From the NCBI GenBank assembly GCA_010093605.1, contig MU004184.1:754801-818800 (forward strand): DNA of 64,000 nucleotides. Direction: 5' to 3'. The notes beneath the pieces were generated by a model. It saw nothing but the letters and a program-made list of their open reading frames with translations. It ran no database searches and was not told the DNA's origin. Of the stretch, positions 13,319 through 24,510 are shown one piece after another (position 1 is the stretch's first letter; the number at the start of each line of letters is the position of its first letter). The DNA is from Lophium mytilinum (Eukaryota). A program made the position numbers and the translations under genes.

Positions 13319-14886
13319 ATGGACAACATAAATATTGCAGCCGAACGGCTGGCTGCTCACGCTCAACGGATGTCAGCATTTACTGGCCTCACCAAACCTA
13401 GTTCGGGGGATCGATTTTTTCTTGTTGCGGGCGTGACAGGATCGGGCAAAAGCACTTTCGTCGCTCGCTGTACAGGAAAGGATGTTACTGTTGGCCACGG
13501 GCTCTATTCATGTAAGAGGTTCTCGGGCGCCGCCCAATACTGCTTGGTACCTACCTCTTAACCTCTAAAATTGCAACCCAGAGGGAAGGCATCCAAATAA
13601 CATCTGTCTAGGTACTAGCTCAATAGACGTCTTCGACTTTACGTGGAATAGTCGACGAATCCACCTTATCGACACCCCCGGCTTCAATGATACGAATAAC
13701 TCCGACATTAACTCCTGAGGAATACTCGCCACCTACCTCGGTGCTTCGTACGCAAACGGCATGCGAATCCATGGCATAATCATGCTGCATCCCATCTCTG
13801 ACAACCGTATGTCCGGGTCGAGTTTACGCAATATTGAAATGATGAAAGCCATATGCGGATTTACTTATTACGACAACCTCGTTCTCGCCACAACTATGTG
13901 GCCTGACGGACCTAATTATGCCGAGGTAGCAACTCTCGAGAACCGAGAAAGGGAGCTTCTTGCTGATGACAGGCTTTTTGGTGCTCTGGTCGCTGAAGGG
14001 GCGAATGTGTATCGTCACAATGAGAAAGGCCATAGGGACCACTTCGAAGAGACCGCCTCGGCGCGGCGCATTATAACCCATCTCATCCGTCAGTCGGACA
14101 TGCGCGCTCCAGAGGTGCTCCGGCTGCAGAGGGAAATTATCGACCAGGGGAAGAGTCTTGGCGAAACTGCAGCAGGCATTGCCGTGGCCGGGGATCTGTA
14201 TAGAGCTCGCCGAGCCCATGAGCGCCAGCTGCGAGAGATAGAGACCGAGTTGAAGGGGCAGATGGCCAAGGCAGACGCCGCACATGCCACCGAGCTACGG
14301 GAACTCAAGGCGGACGTTGAGAAGCAGCTAAGGAAAGCTAAAGAAGAGAAACGAGCGCTGCAGAAGACGATGCAGGATATGCACGAGGAGGAGGAGAGGG
14401 CGTGGATGAAGAATATCGAAGCGCTGGATAGACGCTTCCGCGACCAGCTTGCGGAGAAGGAAGAGGAGCTGCAAGAGATGGAGGAGTCTCTCCGCGAGAT
14501 ACGCGACGACATGGCTCGACAGGCACAGAAGACCCACCAGCAGCAACTGGCAGTGCGTGAGGCTGTGAAACTGGCCCGACAGTCCCAGAAGGCCCACCAG
14601 CAGCAACTGGCATTGCTTGAGGCTGTGAAACACGAGAAAATTGTCAGAAAAGCTCGAAATGAAGTTTTCCAGGCCCGTAGTGCGTACGAGAAGTTTCATG
14701 GGCAGAGAGACAATATCCTTAATGGCACGGCGAATGGGCTTGCCGCGGGTGCAACAACGGCCATCATTGCAGGTAAGCTAGCTCTCCCAGCTGTATTATC
14801 ATCTCACTCTAGCATCGAAATTAAAGTAACTAATGCGAAGTTATCCTCTAGCGATGGCTGGTGGACTCCTATGTGTGGTGATGTAG
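13319..14886 (+). pseudogene. AIG1/GIMAP-like P-loop GTPase B with coiled coil and C-terminal CaaX; one in-frame TGA
   Basis: Exon 1 (13319-13511) has GVTGSGKST. After intron 13512-13611, exon 2 reads CTS...LIDTPGFNDTNNSDINS*GILATYL with TGA at 13716-13718 in frame with the 13761 ORF. After intron 14773-14851 the last exon gives AMAGGLLCVVM* (TAG 14884-14886). Confidence 0.82.
14511..14630 (+). repeat. 60-bp tandem duplication (2 x 20 aa) in the GTPase B coiled coil
   Basis: MARQAQKTHQQQLAVREAVK followed by LARQSQKAHQQQLALLEAVK; the DNA units 14511-14570 and 14571-14630 align without gaps. Confidence 0.9.
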
Positions 14887-15551
14887 AAGAGTAGTCGAGA
14901 GCGAGGTGCTGCAAGCGGAGCCTTGCAGGAGATGGGGCTATCAAGAGCGGAGGATGCAGTCAGAATGATAAGGAGGAGCTTTTGAGAACAGACTAGAAAG
15001 AGCGGAGTACTAATTTGGGGGTACTGGGAGCGGTACGTCCAAGAAGATGCTTGAAGCTGGAAGGATGGGGAATCGGGATTCAGTTGCGGATGTGCGAAGG
15101 AGCGAGTCGCTAAGAGCCTCGACGAGAGATATACGGCACAGCTGCTGAAGATTGAATAGGCAGTATGGTACATCTCGTTGGTGTTGAGGTACCCAGAGTG
15201 TGTTTGTGTAACTCACGGCATTAGGAAAGGGACCAGGGGGACTCTGTAGATCGCGCTAATCCAGATGCGACTTCATACAGGCAACTCGACCCGTGCTTAT
15301 CTAATCCCGGAATGCCCGACAGAAAAATATACTAAGCCTGAAGAGGCGGACCGCCTAAACTTGAGGGGGACATGGGGAGTTACCTCGAACAACTTTACAT
15401 CCTCAACGTTGTGCGCGTCCTTCTCCAAAAGCGCATGCTCTTGTTCGATTTCGAAACAGGAGAACAAAAGTGGAGCTGAAGAGAAGTAGTCCTGGAGCTA
15501 AATCTGTCGTACGGGATATAGACGGGCCTCCAGGGTCATCGTCAGGGCACA

Positions 15552-17318
15552 ATGAGGAGCTCCAACGGTTGTTGGACTTGCCGGCTCCGACGAAAAAAAT
15601 GCGACGAAAACCAGCCTGTTTGTGACGTCTGCGCTGTACTCTGTGTTACATGTCACAGTTTCAAGGACGCCAGGCCGGAGTGGATGGATGGCGGCGCAAG
15701 ACAGGAAGAGATGGCTGAGCAGCTCAAAAGCGAGGTTAAAGAAAAGGCCCGTCGCCGACGTGGAGAGCGTGCGGTCCATGTTCCTAGCGACCACGTCTTA
15801 AGTGACGAAGCTCCCTCCGTCGAACATGCAGTGCTTCCCCAAAAGCCGCCTCTGGACGTAGCTACTCCGATGTGCGATCTCCTGAGAGCGACTCCTGACA
15901 GTAACAATGGCGGGACGATGCCATCGTCGGACGCATCCACTGTCTGGCTCTATCGTGGGGCTGACTGCACACTTACTCCCAAGGACTCGCGCCAAAACAT
16001 TGCCTTTGGACGGTCTGACACTATTCTCCTTACATTTTACCTGGAACATTTGCTTCCCTTCCTCTTCCCGTTCTACCGCCCCTCTCTCCTTGAAGGCGGA
16101 AGGTCTTGGATCTTCGAGATGATGATAAGCAGCCCTGTAGTTCGACAGGCTACCCTATGCCAGAGCTCCTATTTCTTCTCTCTTGCGAAGGGAACAGCCA
16201 ATCGCGATGCAATTTGGGATGAAGTGCTCACGCAGACTACGAATGCCTTTGGAGTGCTGAGACAGGCCCTACAAGTCATCGATAGCTCAGGCGTCGCAGA
16301 TCATCTGCACGGCGCCGTACGGGTCATGGCAAGCATCATGCAGATGCAGCGTTTCGAGATCGCTGTCTTAAGTTTTCATAACTGGCAGACACACCTCAAT
16401 GCGGCTCTGGTTCTTTTCAAACAACTTCTCGATAGCGCCGTCGAATCGAGAGAGCCTAGTTCAAGCTTCGAGGCTGTGATGAGCCGCCTGGGTCCATCAT
16501 CGTCATTGTCATGGAGCTGGCCTAGCCAAAGTGACCAGGTTCCGAGCGCTGAACAGGCAGCCTTTCGCTTCTCATCCACTCTGGTCATATTGGACGATAC
16601 TATTGCCAGTACGGCACGTCAGGAGCAGCCAAGACTCTACGAGTACCACCGCAGCCTGCTTGGTGGCATCGAAGGCATTGACAACCCCCCTATCAATCTC
16701 GAGGCTGTTGTCGGGCTGAAAAACTGGACCTTGCTACAGATCGGCGAGATTGCCGCGCTTGAAGCATGGAAACGTCGATGTAGAACGGCCGGGAATCTTG
16801 ATGTTGTGGAGCTAGTCCGTCGCGCCACAGCTATCAGGGAGTCCTTGGTAGCTCATCTCATGCGACTCGAAACCGAAACGCCAACAATTCCAACAGGGAA
16901 CATCAACCTGCTTGATATGTTTACACCACCACCTAGCCAATGCTCCTTGGTTTCTCGAGTTTGGGCCCACGCAGCGCTCATTTATCTATCTATTGTTGTG
17001 TCCGGATGGCAGCCCACCAGCGTCGATGTACGTTATCACGTTAGTCGAGTCATCGAGCTGCTAAAACGTCAAAAATCGCCGGCGTTGCTGCGTACAATGG
17101 TGTGGCCGTTCTGCGTTGCAGGCTGCCTTGCGGATCCCGCGCAGGAAGCTCACTTTCGCGAAATGGTCGAAGTTTTACAACCGCCAAGCATCTTCGGCAC
17201 GGTACACAAGGCACTTGAAATCATGGAGGACGTATGGCGTAAGAGGGCCACGGATATCACGGCCCGGGACATTGCTACGTGCTTCAAAGTTCAAGGTGAT
17301 CTGGTGCTGCTTGTATAG
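15552..17318 (+). CDS. Zn(II)2Cys6 transcription factor with Fungal_trans_2-type domain
   Basis: N-terminal GCWTCRLRRKKCDENQPVCDVCAVLCVTC binuclear cluster; C-terminal WPFCVAGC motif; intronless 588-aa ORF. Confidence 0.93.
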   Translation: MRSSNGCWTCRLRRKKCDENQPVCDVCAVLCVTCHSFKDARPEWMDGGARQEEMAEQLKSEVKEKARRRRGERAVHVPSDHVLSDEAPSVEHAVLPQKPPLDVATPMCDLLRATPDSNNGGTMPSSDASTVWLYRGADCTLTPKDSRQNIAFGRSDTILLTFYLEHLLPFLFPFYRPSLLEGGRSWIFEMMISSPVVRQATLCQSSYFFSLAKGTANRDAIWDEVLTQTTNAFGVLRQALQVIDSSGVADHLHGAVRVMASIMQMQRFEIAVLSFHNWQTHLNAALVLFKQLLDSAVESREPSSSFEAVMSRLGPSSSLSWSWPSQSDQVPSAEQAAFRFSSTLVILDDTIASTARQEQPRLYEYHRSLLGGIEGIDNPPINLEAVVGLKNWTLLQIGEIAALEAWKRRCRTAGNLDVVELVRRATAIRESLVAHLMRLETETPTIPTGNINLLDMFTPPPSQCSLVSRVWAHAALIYLSIVVSGWQPTSVDVRYHVSRVIELLKRQKSPALLRTMVWPFCVAGCLADPAQEAHFREMVEVLQPPSIFGTVHKALEIMEDVWRKRATDITARDIATCFKVQGDLVLLV

Positions 17319-17442
17319 CTAGCAGTCGGGAAAACAATTCTACCATGTTCAGGCTACGTGGTTCGGATCTTGTTCATGGCATTGATTTTATATCTAACTT
17401 CGACGGCTCCTCATGACTACTCCTCATGACTACGCCAACTTC

Positions 17443-18198
17443 TCACTTGAATTGGACATAACCCTTGCCTTTAACGAACGTGGCGTGGCTGGGCACAGTT
17501 CCCTCATGGTCCGCCAGCTGCGCAAAAAACTCGGCATGCGCAGCACCGTCAAGCGCCATCCCCTTGAACTTGCCATCTCCATGGCGCTCATCAGCATAAA
17601 AGAATCTAGCGAGGCAGACGTGTTAGAACAATCCACACACAGCGCTTCGTTAAGGTACTCACCGGAACCCCTTGGCTGAGTACAGCACATCGGCAAGGCC
17701 AAGCCAGAAAGACGAAGCGGACTTGCCAATACCTAGATCCAACATCATAGGCATGGGAAGGATGGAGACGTTCGTGATGTTGCCGGTGTATATGAACGTC
17801 TTCTTAGTCTCCTTGGGCAGCGTCTCCCATCCAATGACGGCCTGCTGTGCTGCAACGTAGGGCGAAATAGTGTTGACATTTAGATCCGACGCGACACTCT
17901 CGGCTGAAACCGAGAATACAGAGTCCTTGTCCGGAGGGGGCGTGAGTGCCGCTGCGTTGTAGATGACAACGCTGGGAGCGGCATGGAACTCGGTCTTGAC
18001 GGCGTCGAAGAGTGCTGGGATCGAGTCGGGTTTGGTGAAGTCTGCCTTGAGAGAGAGAAACCCTTCGCCGCTCTTGGTGGCACTTCCACTTCTAGACACA
18101 AGCGCAACCTTATAGCCAGAGCTGGCGAACTTCTCGGCGACGGCGGCCCCAATCCTAGGCCCGGCTCCGAGAATGAGTACAACAGGATTGGCTGCCAT
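17443..18198 (-). CDS. Short-chain dehydrogenase/reductase-like NAD(P)-binding protein
   Basis: Rossmann motif VLILGAGPRIG and VIYNAA. After an intron at about 17660-17608, exon 2 reads FFYADER...GKGYVQFK*. Confidence 0.88.
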
Positions 18199-18468
18199 TT
18201 TGCTATCACGTTCGATGGTAAAGATGGAATTCGATGGGTTTAGGTTGCGAAGAAACTATGATATGGAATATGAGAATGGAGTTTATCTTGGAGCCAACAT
18301 GTCTACTATATATACCAAGCGGAATTTACAACCCTTCGTATCACTTAGTTCAAAATCGGCCGACTTCCAAAGCTTTGAAATCACCATTCTTGGATCTTAC
18401 ACCCTGAGCTGCATGTTCGACAGTTACGCAGGGTAAATGGCGAAGAATAATACGCAACACCAGCGAAA

Positions 18469-18727
18469 CCGCGCGGGATGGTCGAATTTTCGAGTTCTGG
18501 ACCCACAACTCGCGCGGGAAAGATCTCAGGCGTGAAGCTATTGAATGATAACTTACAATATCCTCCAGCTTGGACATTCCCGCGCGCGGCGAGTCTAAGT
18601 TTAACGCGCTTGCTAACACGTTTTCCTATCCGTATTCCGGGAGGTCCAGAACATCATGCACTCAAACCGGATTCGTATGTGGTTACTCGCATTTCATTGG
18701 CTGAGAACTTTCCCGCGCGGGAAAGTT
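18469..18727. promoter_or_regulatory. Four CCGCGCGG-type motifs including a perfect 22-bp palindrome in the SDR/dioxygenase divergent promoter
   Basis: AACTTTCCCGCGCGGGAAAGTT at 18706-18727; partial copies at 18469-18478, 18511-18522 and 18577-18586. Everted CCG/CGG triplets are typical of Zn2Cys6 sites. Confidence 0.65.
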
Positions 18728-18896
18728 GAGAACCCTATTGCGGCATCATTCTCAATCCCAACCATGCGCATTTAACATTGGATTCGTCAGCTCGCTATCT
18801 AACTGACTGCAGTCACTGATAATGCCCCATTTCTAAAACGCCGATATTCCTCTTTTTCTTTCTTACTTGTCAGAGAAAAGCTACACATAGCGCGCC

Positions 18897-20047
18897 ATGT
18901 CCTCAGTGCTCTCATCCATCCGTTCAATCATCCGCTCAAGGTACTTTACAACTCTCCTTGTGAGCTTATCCATCCCGCTCGTCTACAACGCTATCCAGTC
19001 GTATACAAGCAGCATCTACCCACCTGCAACCATCATATCTGATCCCTCACAACTCAACAGTTCTGAACGCACCATGTCAACTCCAGCGGCCAACGACAGC
19101 TCTCCCGGACGCATGCCCGTCTACTTCCTCGGAATAGGAGGCCCCAACTCCGTCGAAAACACAGACCACCCTGCCTACGCCAAACTAGCCGCAGTCGGGC
19201 AAGAGATCACAGCGAAAGTCAAACCGAAGGCGGTAGTTGTGTTTTCCGCCCACTGGAGAAGCGGCCCGAACTCTCTCCAGATCAATGCCGCGGAAAAGAC
19301 GGATATAATCTACGACTTCTACGGCTTCCCGCCCCACTACTATGAATACGACTACCCGTACAAGGGAAGCCCCGAGGTTGCCGAGAAGGTGATCGAGAAG
19401 CTAGAAGGCTCCGGCATTCAGGTCGAGAGAGTCAAGCGAGGGCTTGACCATGGTGTATGGGCGGGATTTATCGTTGGTAAGTAATTCCCATGGATTCCTC
19501 TTTAGTGTCTCGTTTGCTGATACATGTATCGAAACAGCGTTTGATCCAAAGAAGAACCCACTGAATGTGCCCATCGTCCAAGTTTCGCTGTACAATAACG
19601 ACGACTCGGATCGACATTACCGCGTGGGGCAGGCGCTGGAGAGTCTGCGAGATGAGGGCATTCTGATCATTGGCGCGGGAATGGCTGTTCACAATCTTCG
19701 TGACTATCGGAACACGTTGTCAACCAAGAAGACTATGCCGTAAGTAAAGCCTGCTAGGAGCATCCAGCTCGACTGTCCGTGCGCTCATGATATCTAGTTA
19801 TGCGTTCAGCTTTGACGAAGCACTGAAAGAGGCTGCTACCGCAAATCCAGAGGAGCGTGAGGCAAAGATGTCCGCTCTGATGCGCCGCAGTGATGCCAGA
19901 GAGGCACATCCGAGCTTGGAGCATATCCTTCCTATTCATATTGCTGCAGGCGCCGCGGGCTCTGATCCTGGTGAACAATTGTGGACATTTCCGGAAGGGA
20001 GTTTGAGTTGGGCGCAGTATCGCTTTGGTGAATTTGCGGCGGCGTGA
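18897..20047 (+). CDS. Extradiol ring-cleavage dioxygenase, LigB/4,5-DOPA-dioxygenase family
   Basis: Motifs VVVFSAHW, IYDFYGFP, RGLDHGVW, IVQVSL, GAGMAVHNL and AHPSLEHILPI; introns at about 19478-19538 and 19740-19797. Confidence 0.92.
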
Positions 20048-20177
20048 CCTGGCTCTTGAGCAAGTTGGCTCGATGGAAGATGTCACAGTCTACGGGCGCA
20101 TATTACAGGCAGACATGTGCATATTAAGGTCGTTCCCTCGTATTAAAGCTCATAATGGTATCAAAACAGTTCGGAAC

Positions 20178-22140
20178 TCAAAGCTCATCCCCCTCATCAT
20201 CAGCGCCCACTCCTTCACGATCCTCGAACACCATGAATTCTCCGCCATCGTCGCCCATGATACTCCGCCAGACTCCCTTCACCTGGTCGAGGACAGAGTC
20301 GTCCCAAGCAAGATCGAGAGAGGTGGGTGGAAAGACGAGAATGCGTTCATCAGGCGAAGCGGTACGTGCAGAAGCGGCACTTTCTTTGTGTTGTGTGATC
20401 TGAGAAGTCTGCTCATATCGGAGCGACCACAAGACTATGGGTTGTGGCTGGAGGTTTTTGCTACTCAACAAAGCCTGGACGGCTCTCTCAAGTAGCCTCA
20501 CGGCTACATCGCCAGTCATCGCAACGCTTGCGTAGAGCACTCCTAATTATGCGATCAGTAATGTTTCGTCGAGAGATTGAAGATGCATAAATGTGTTTGA
20601 GAGGCCCAGATCAGGTTGTCAGAGATATTATAATCGTCAAGGAAGTTCAGACAATGTAGATAAGTATTCAAGAAATCATTCATCATATAGGCAAGTAGTG
20701 GTAGTGTGTAGCGTAAATGAGAAGGCACTTACTTTGGTTGGGTGGGCACTCCCCAGTGTCGCTTGAGTGTACAAACACATAGACAGGAGGGAGTGTCGGC
20801 TTCGCGTCGTTTTCTTTCCGCGAATTGAGACTTCCGGACGGGAAGAACACCACGGCGCCAGCTGGAATAGGTGCTCCTTCAGCCATGGGAGGGAATAGTG
20901 CCTCAAGCGAAGAAGATACAATCGTGATAGATCTGGAACATAATTTAGGTTCTGCCAGTGGGGTTCCTTCCACTGGTTCGTGCTGAGACGTCTGGAGAGG
21001 TTCCAAATCATCACTCGAGCCTACAATCCAACGTGTCGTTACGGACTCGCCATCTTTGAGAACAACCTTGAGGGGGTCTGGCGTTGTTACTGTTTCGGTT
21101 GTTGCACCATCGGATGGGCGTTCGTCAGTTGCAGGTCCTGTGAGACCATTGCCAAGGACATACACGGCGCCACCTACAGCTCCAGCACGGCATCCCACCT
21201 GACAGAGTTCGGAGAGGCCTCCCCATTTTGGTATGACGGAGCCGAACCCAGGTCCGAGACTTCCGATAGATCGAAGATGTCTCGCAATTCGAGGGAGAGC
21301 AAATTCTGTGGTTGTGTGGTCAGCATCTGATGACGATAACGTCAGAGCTAAGAGCGGCGCGTGTAATGCAGCAGGAACCCTGAATTGCCCAGAGAGGAAT
21401 GCCGAGAACGATGTCTGGCCGTGTCCTTCCCACACTTCGCCTTGCTCTTCATACTCGCCGATAAATCTTAAGAACTTCATGAGAGCCCGCTTGGACTTCA
21501 TGTCTAGATCTTGAGCAGCGAATATGTCTTCTCGTCCATTGGGCACCTTGCGTAATGTTCCCTGGCCAACAGCATTTCCAGTTCGAACCTGCGAGTCTTC
21601 TTCTGCAATGTTTCCAGGCGTATAAACCCACCAAGCCCCAACCGCGAGGAAGTCGATCTGTCGATGGACTTTGGAGGACACGAGGACTGGGAGGATGCGT
21701 GATCGTGTGTAAATTAGCTGGGGCGACAACGACAGACTGTAGGCACGAGAAGACGACAGCTTGGCCGAGTCCGTCTCGGATGCTTCTGGTCGGTGGACGG
21801 ACACGTTTGTGAAGGTAGCGGATGATGAACCATCTATCGAGGTTAGCTAGTGATAAAGGAAATCTCTGCATTGGAAACCAACCTTTTGCTACATTTCTGG
21901 ACCAGTCCTCGGCCTCTTGGAGACTGAAAGCAGCCTCGCTGCCACCATAGTAATTGTTCCTGTCAATGTGCAGAATTTTCTTGCCTGAGCGAGACAATGC
22001 TCTTTCATGAGACGCTGCGTCAGTCAGAAGGTGCAGGAGGGCGGAGGATTCGTAGACAATACGTACGTTGCGAGAAGAGACTGGGGTAAGCCCGTCCCCA
22101 CTATGAGGACGTCCCAGTCTGTGCCGTCCAAAGACTCCAT
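20178..22140 (-). CDS. MRS6: Rab escort protein / Rab geranylgeranyltransferase component A
   Basis: MESLDGTDWDVLIVGTGLPQSLLA, ALSRSGKKILHIDRNNYYGG, KRALMKFL, KWGGLSELCQVGCRAGAVGGAVYVL (GDI/REP family); multi-exon. Confidence 0.9.
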
Positions 22141-22723
22141 GTTGAAAGGTGGAGGCGATGGGTTCGAGGCAGACGGCGGTGGAGTTGGTTGTGGAAATTA
22201 GGTAGAATCTCACTGGCGCGAATGACAAAGCATTTCTTGGCATTGCAGGGACCTTCGAAATTCGAAAGCGAAGAGACTTCCTCTTCTCTTCATCACACAC
22301 GCTGAGAGCAATATCCCTTCCCATGGTTTTTCGCCACAGCAGGGGGGTCTTCAGTGACTGTCTATGTGTGTGAGAGAGTGAGAATCGTCCAGTATCTACT
22401 GCTCTGGATACTTCAGTGTGAAAGAGCGGCTCGCAGCGACGCTACATATCCAACTATCTAATTATTTTGCAGGTGTGGCTGATTGAGTTCACGCAGACCT
22501 TAATGCACCCATTGAAGGTACCATAAGTTGAGGGAGCAAAATTTGTGATCTTCGTGATCTCATTGCTAGTCATTTGCTATGAACGTCGCCAGTATTCACG
22601 ATGCCATCCATCTCCGAAACCCGAACCGCGACCGAGAACTTTCGGTCGGATCTATGCTGCTCTGAACGCTACAAGCCTCGAATACCTTGGTACCCGAGAC
22701 CTTGTCGTTGAATCTGTCTCCGC

Positions 22724-23539
22724 CTAGAGTTTTGCAAGAACGGCTTCAGCGCCGGAGACCTAGCCTCGGATTAGCAACTTGTTTAAGAATCGAACCTCGA
22801 GATGGATGGCAGTGAAGTCACTTACAATAACGTCGCCAGGACTCTTCTCGTTCTCAGCATAAGTAACCTTGCCATCGTCGAAGATCATAGCCCAGCGGCC
22901 AGTGCGATCGCCCATACCTGCGTCCCAGCCAAAGTTCTTGGAGAAGTTGGTCTTGGTGTCGCTGAAGAACAACTGCAGGAATCAGCACTGTCTCATAAAA
23001 CGGTAAGACGTAGCTAAGCTGTACTCACAATGTCGTCTCCCTTGACACCGTTCACCTTGCCCCACGCATTCATCACCCACGCGTCGTTGATGGCGATGAC
23101 AGCCACGATGTCGACGCCCTTCTTCTTGAACTCCTCGATGTTCTGGATGTATGGGGGAAGGTGGCGGGCCTGGCAGCCAGGAGTGAAGGCGCCTGCACGG
23201 TACTTAATTATCTAATGTATGCACGAAGTTTCTGTAAAACATACCCGGAACACTGAAGAGGACGACCTTCTTGCCCTTGAAGTTCTTGCTGGCATCATAT
23301 GTCTGTGGCAGGCCGCATGCGGTGGGGTCGGAATCGGTGATTGGGGCCCATCTGTACACAACCTGTCAGCCTGGTACCGTAGGGAGCTTCACATGAACAC
23401 CCGTGGGACATCAACATAGTACAACTGACTCTCCGGCCGCGGGCACGAATGAGGTGGAGGTAGCTTGCGTGGGGGTAGGGTAGCCTTACTCGAACTTGAC
23501 ATCGTCCGGGAAGCTGTCACCGACTTTGAGAGGAGCCAT
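22724..23539 (-). CDS. AHP1: Peroxisomal Prx5-type peroxiredoxin (Ahp1/Pmp20/Asp f3-like)
   Basis: [16 protein letters not shown]..., [15 protein letters not shown] and [10 protein letters not shown]; ends VLAKL* (PTS1); several short introns. Confidence 0.92.
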
Positions 23540-24006
23540 TGTTGAGGATTGAGTTGAGTGGATTGAGTGATTGAGAAGGGCTGTGCTGTAGTGTGTGGGT
23601 GTTCCTGGAAGAAGGGGTGATATATATGTATCTGCTAGTGATTTGTCGTTGATAGCGGGGCATCAAGGTACAGTTTTAAAGCTCGGGCATTGCGTCAGGA
23701 CAGCCGATCGGAGGGGTCTCGCACTAGTGAATACCCTGTCAAACGCTGCTAGAGAGCCCAAGTAAGTAGGTCCTAGGCTGCCTATTGACAAATACTCGAA
23801 CCCTGCGAGTTATCCTCTTCCTAAGCAGGGTGAGCCTCTCCTGTGAATATCCGCGGGCGTACAGAGCTTACCTACCCATTGACTCAGCGACCACGTTCTT
23901 CACGGTCTAGGCGGGAGGATCGAGCGGGTGTAGATTGCAACTATAAATCCGGACCTCTGGAACGTTTGTCAGATAAAGTCTTTCAACTGCTTCTGGACCA
24001 ACGACC

Positions 24007-24510
24007 ATGTCGCTAAACCCGCCGTTCACCGCAGAAACAGCCCGCCAGAAAGTCAAGAAGGCGCAGGACTTATGGAACACCCAGTCAGCCTTTCCTCTTC
24101 TAACTTAAAACTATATCGCTAAAAGCCACAGGGATCCTAAGAGCATCGCTAGAGCATATACACCGGATAGCATCTGGCGGAATCGCTCGTCGTTTCTTAC
24201 TGGCACCCAAGCAATCGAGGATTTCCTCACCAAGAAGTGGGAAAAGGAAAAGAGCTATCGACTACGCAAGGAGTTGTTCGCCTTCACGGACAATAAGATT
24301 GCCGTGCAATTCTGGTATGAATATCAGGATTCTCATGATGGCATGAAATGGAAGCGGTGCTACGGGCTCGAAGACTGGACATTCGGCGAAGATGGGAAAA
24401 TGCGAAAGCGGATGATGAGCGGCAATGACATTGAAATTACCGATACCGAGCGATGGTACAAAGAGGGCGTTGATGTTGAGGACGTTCACATTTCTGAGAC
24501 TCACTGGTAG
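24007..24510 (+). CDS. DUF1348 / SnoaL-like (NTF2-fold) protein
   Basis: MSLKPPFTAETARQKVKKAQDLWNT, WRNR, YRLRKELFAF, WKRCYGLEDW; intron at about 24084-24131. Confidence 0.9.

Noticed and set aside
13716..13718. Selenocysteine reading of the in-frame TGA
   Set aside because: The position aligns with Leu rather than Cys, no SECIS was evident, and Dikarya lack the Sec machinery.
17407..17433. 13-bp tandem duplication CTCCTCATGACTA
   Set aside because: Isolated slippage-type duplication in a 3' region with no sign of function.
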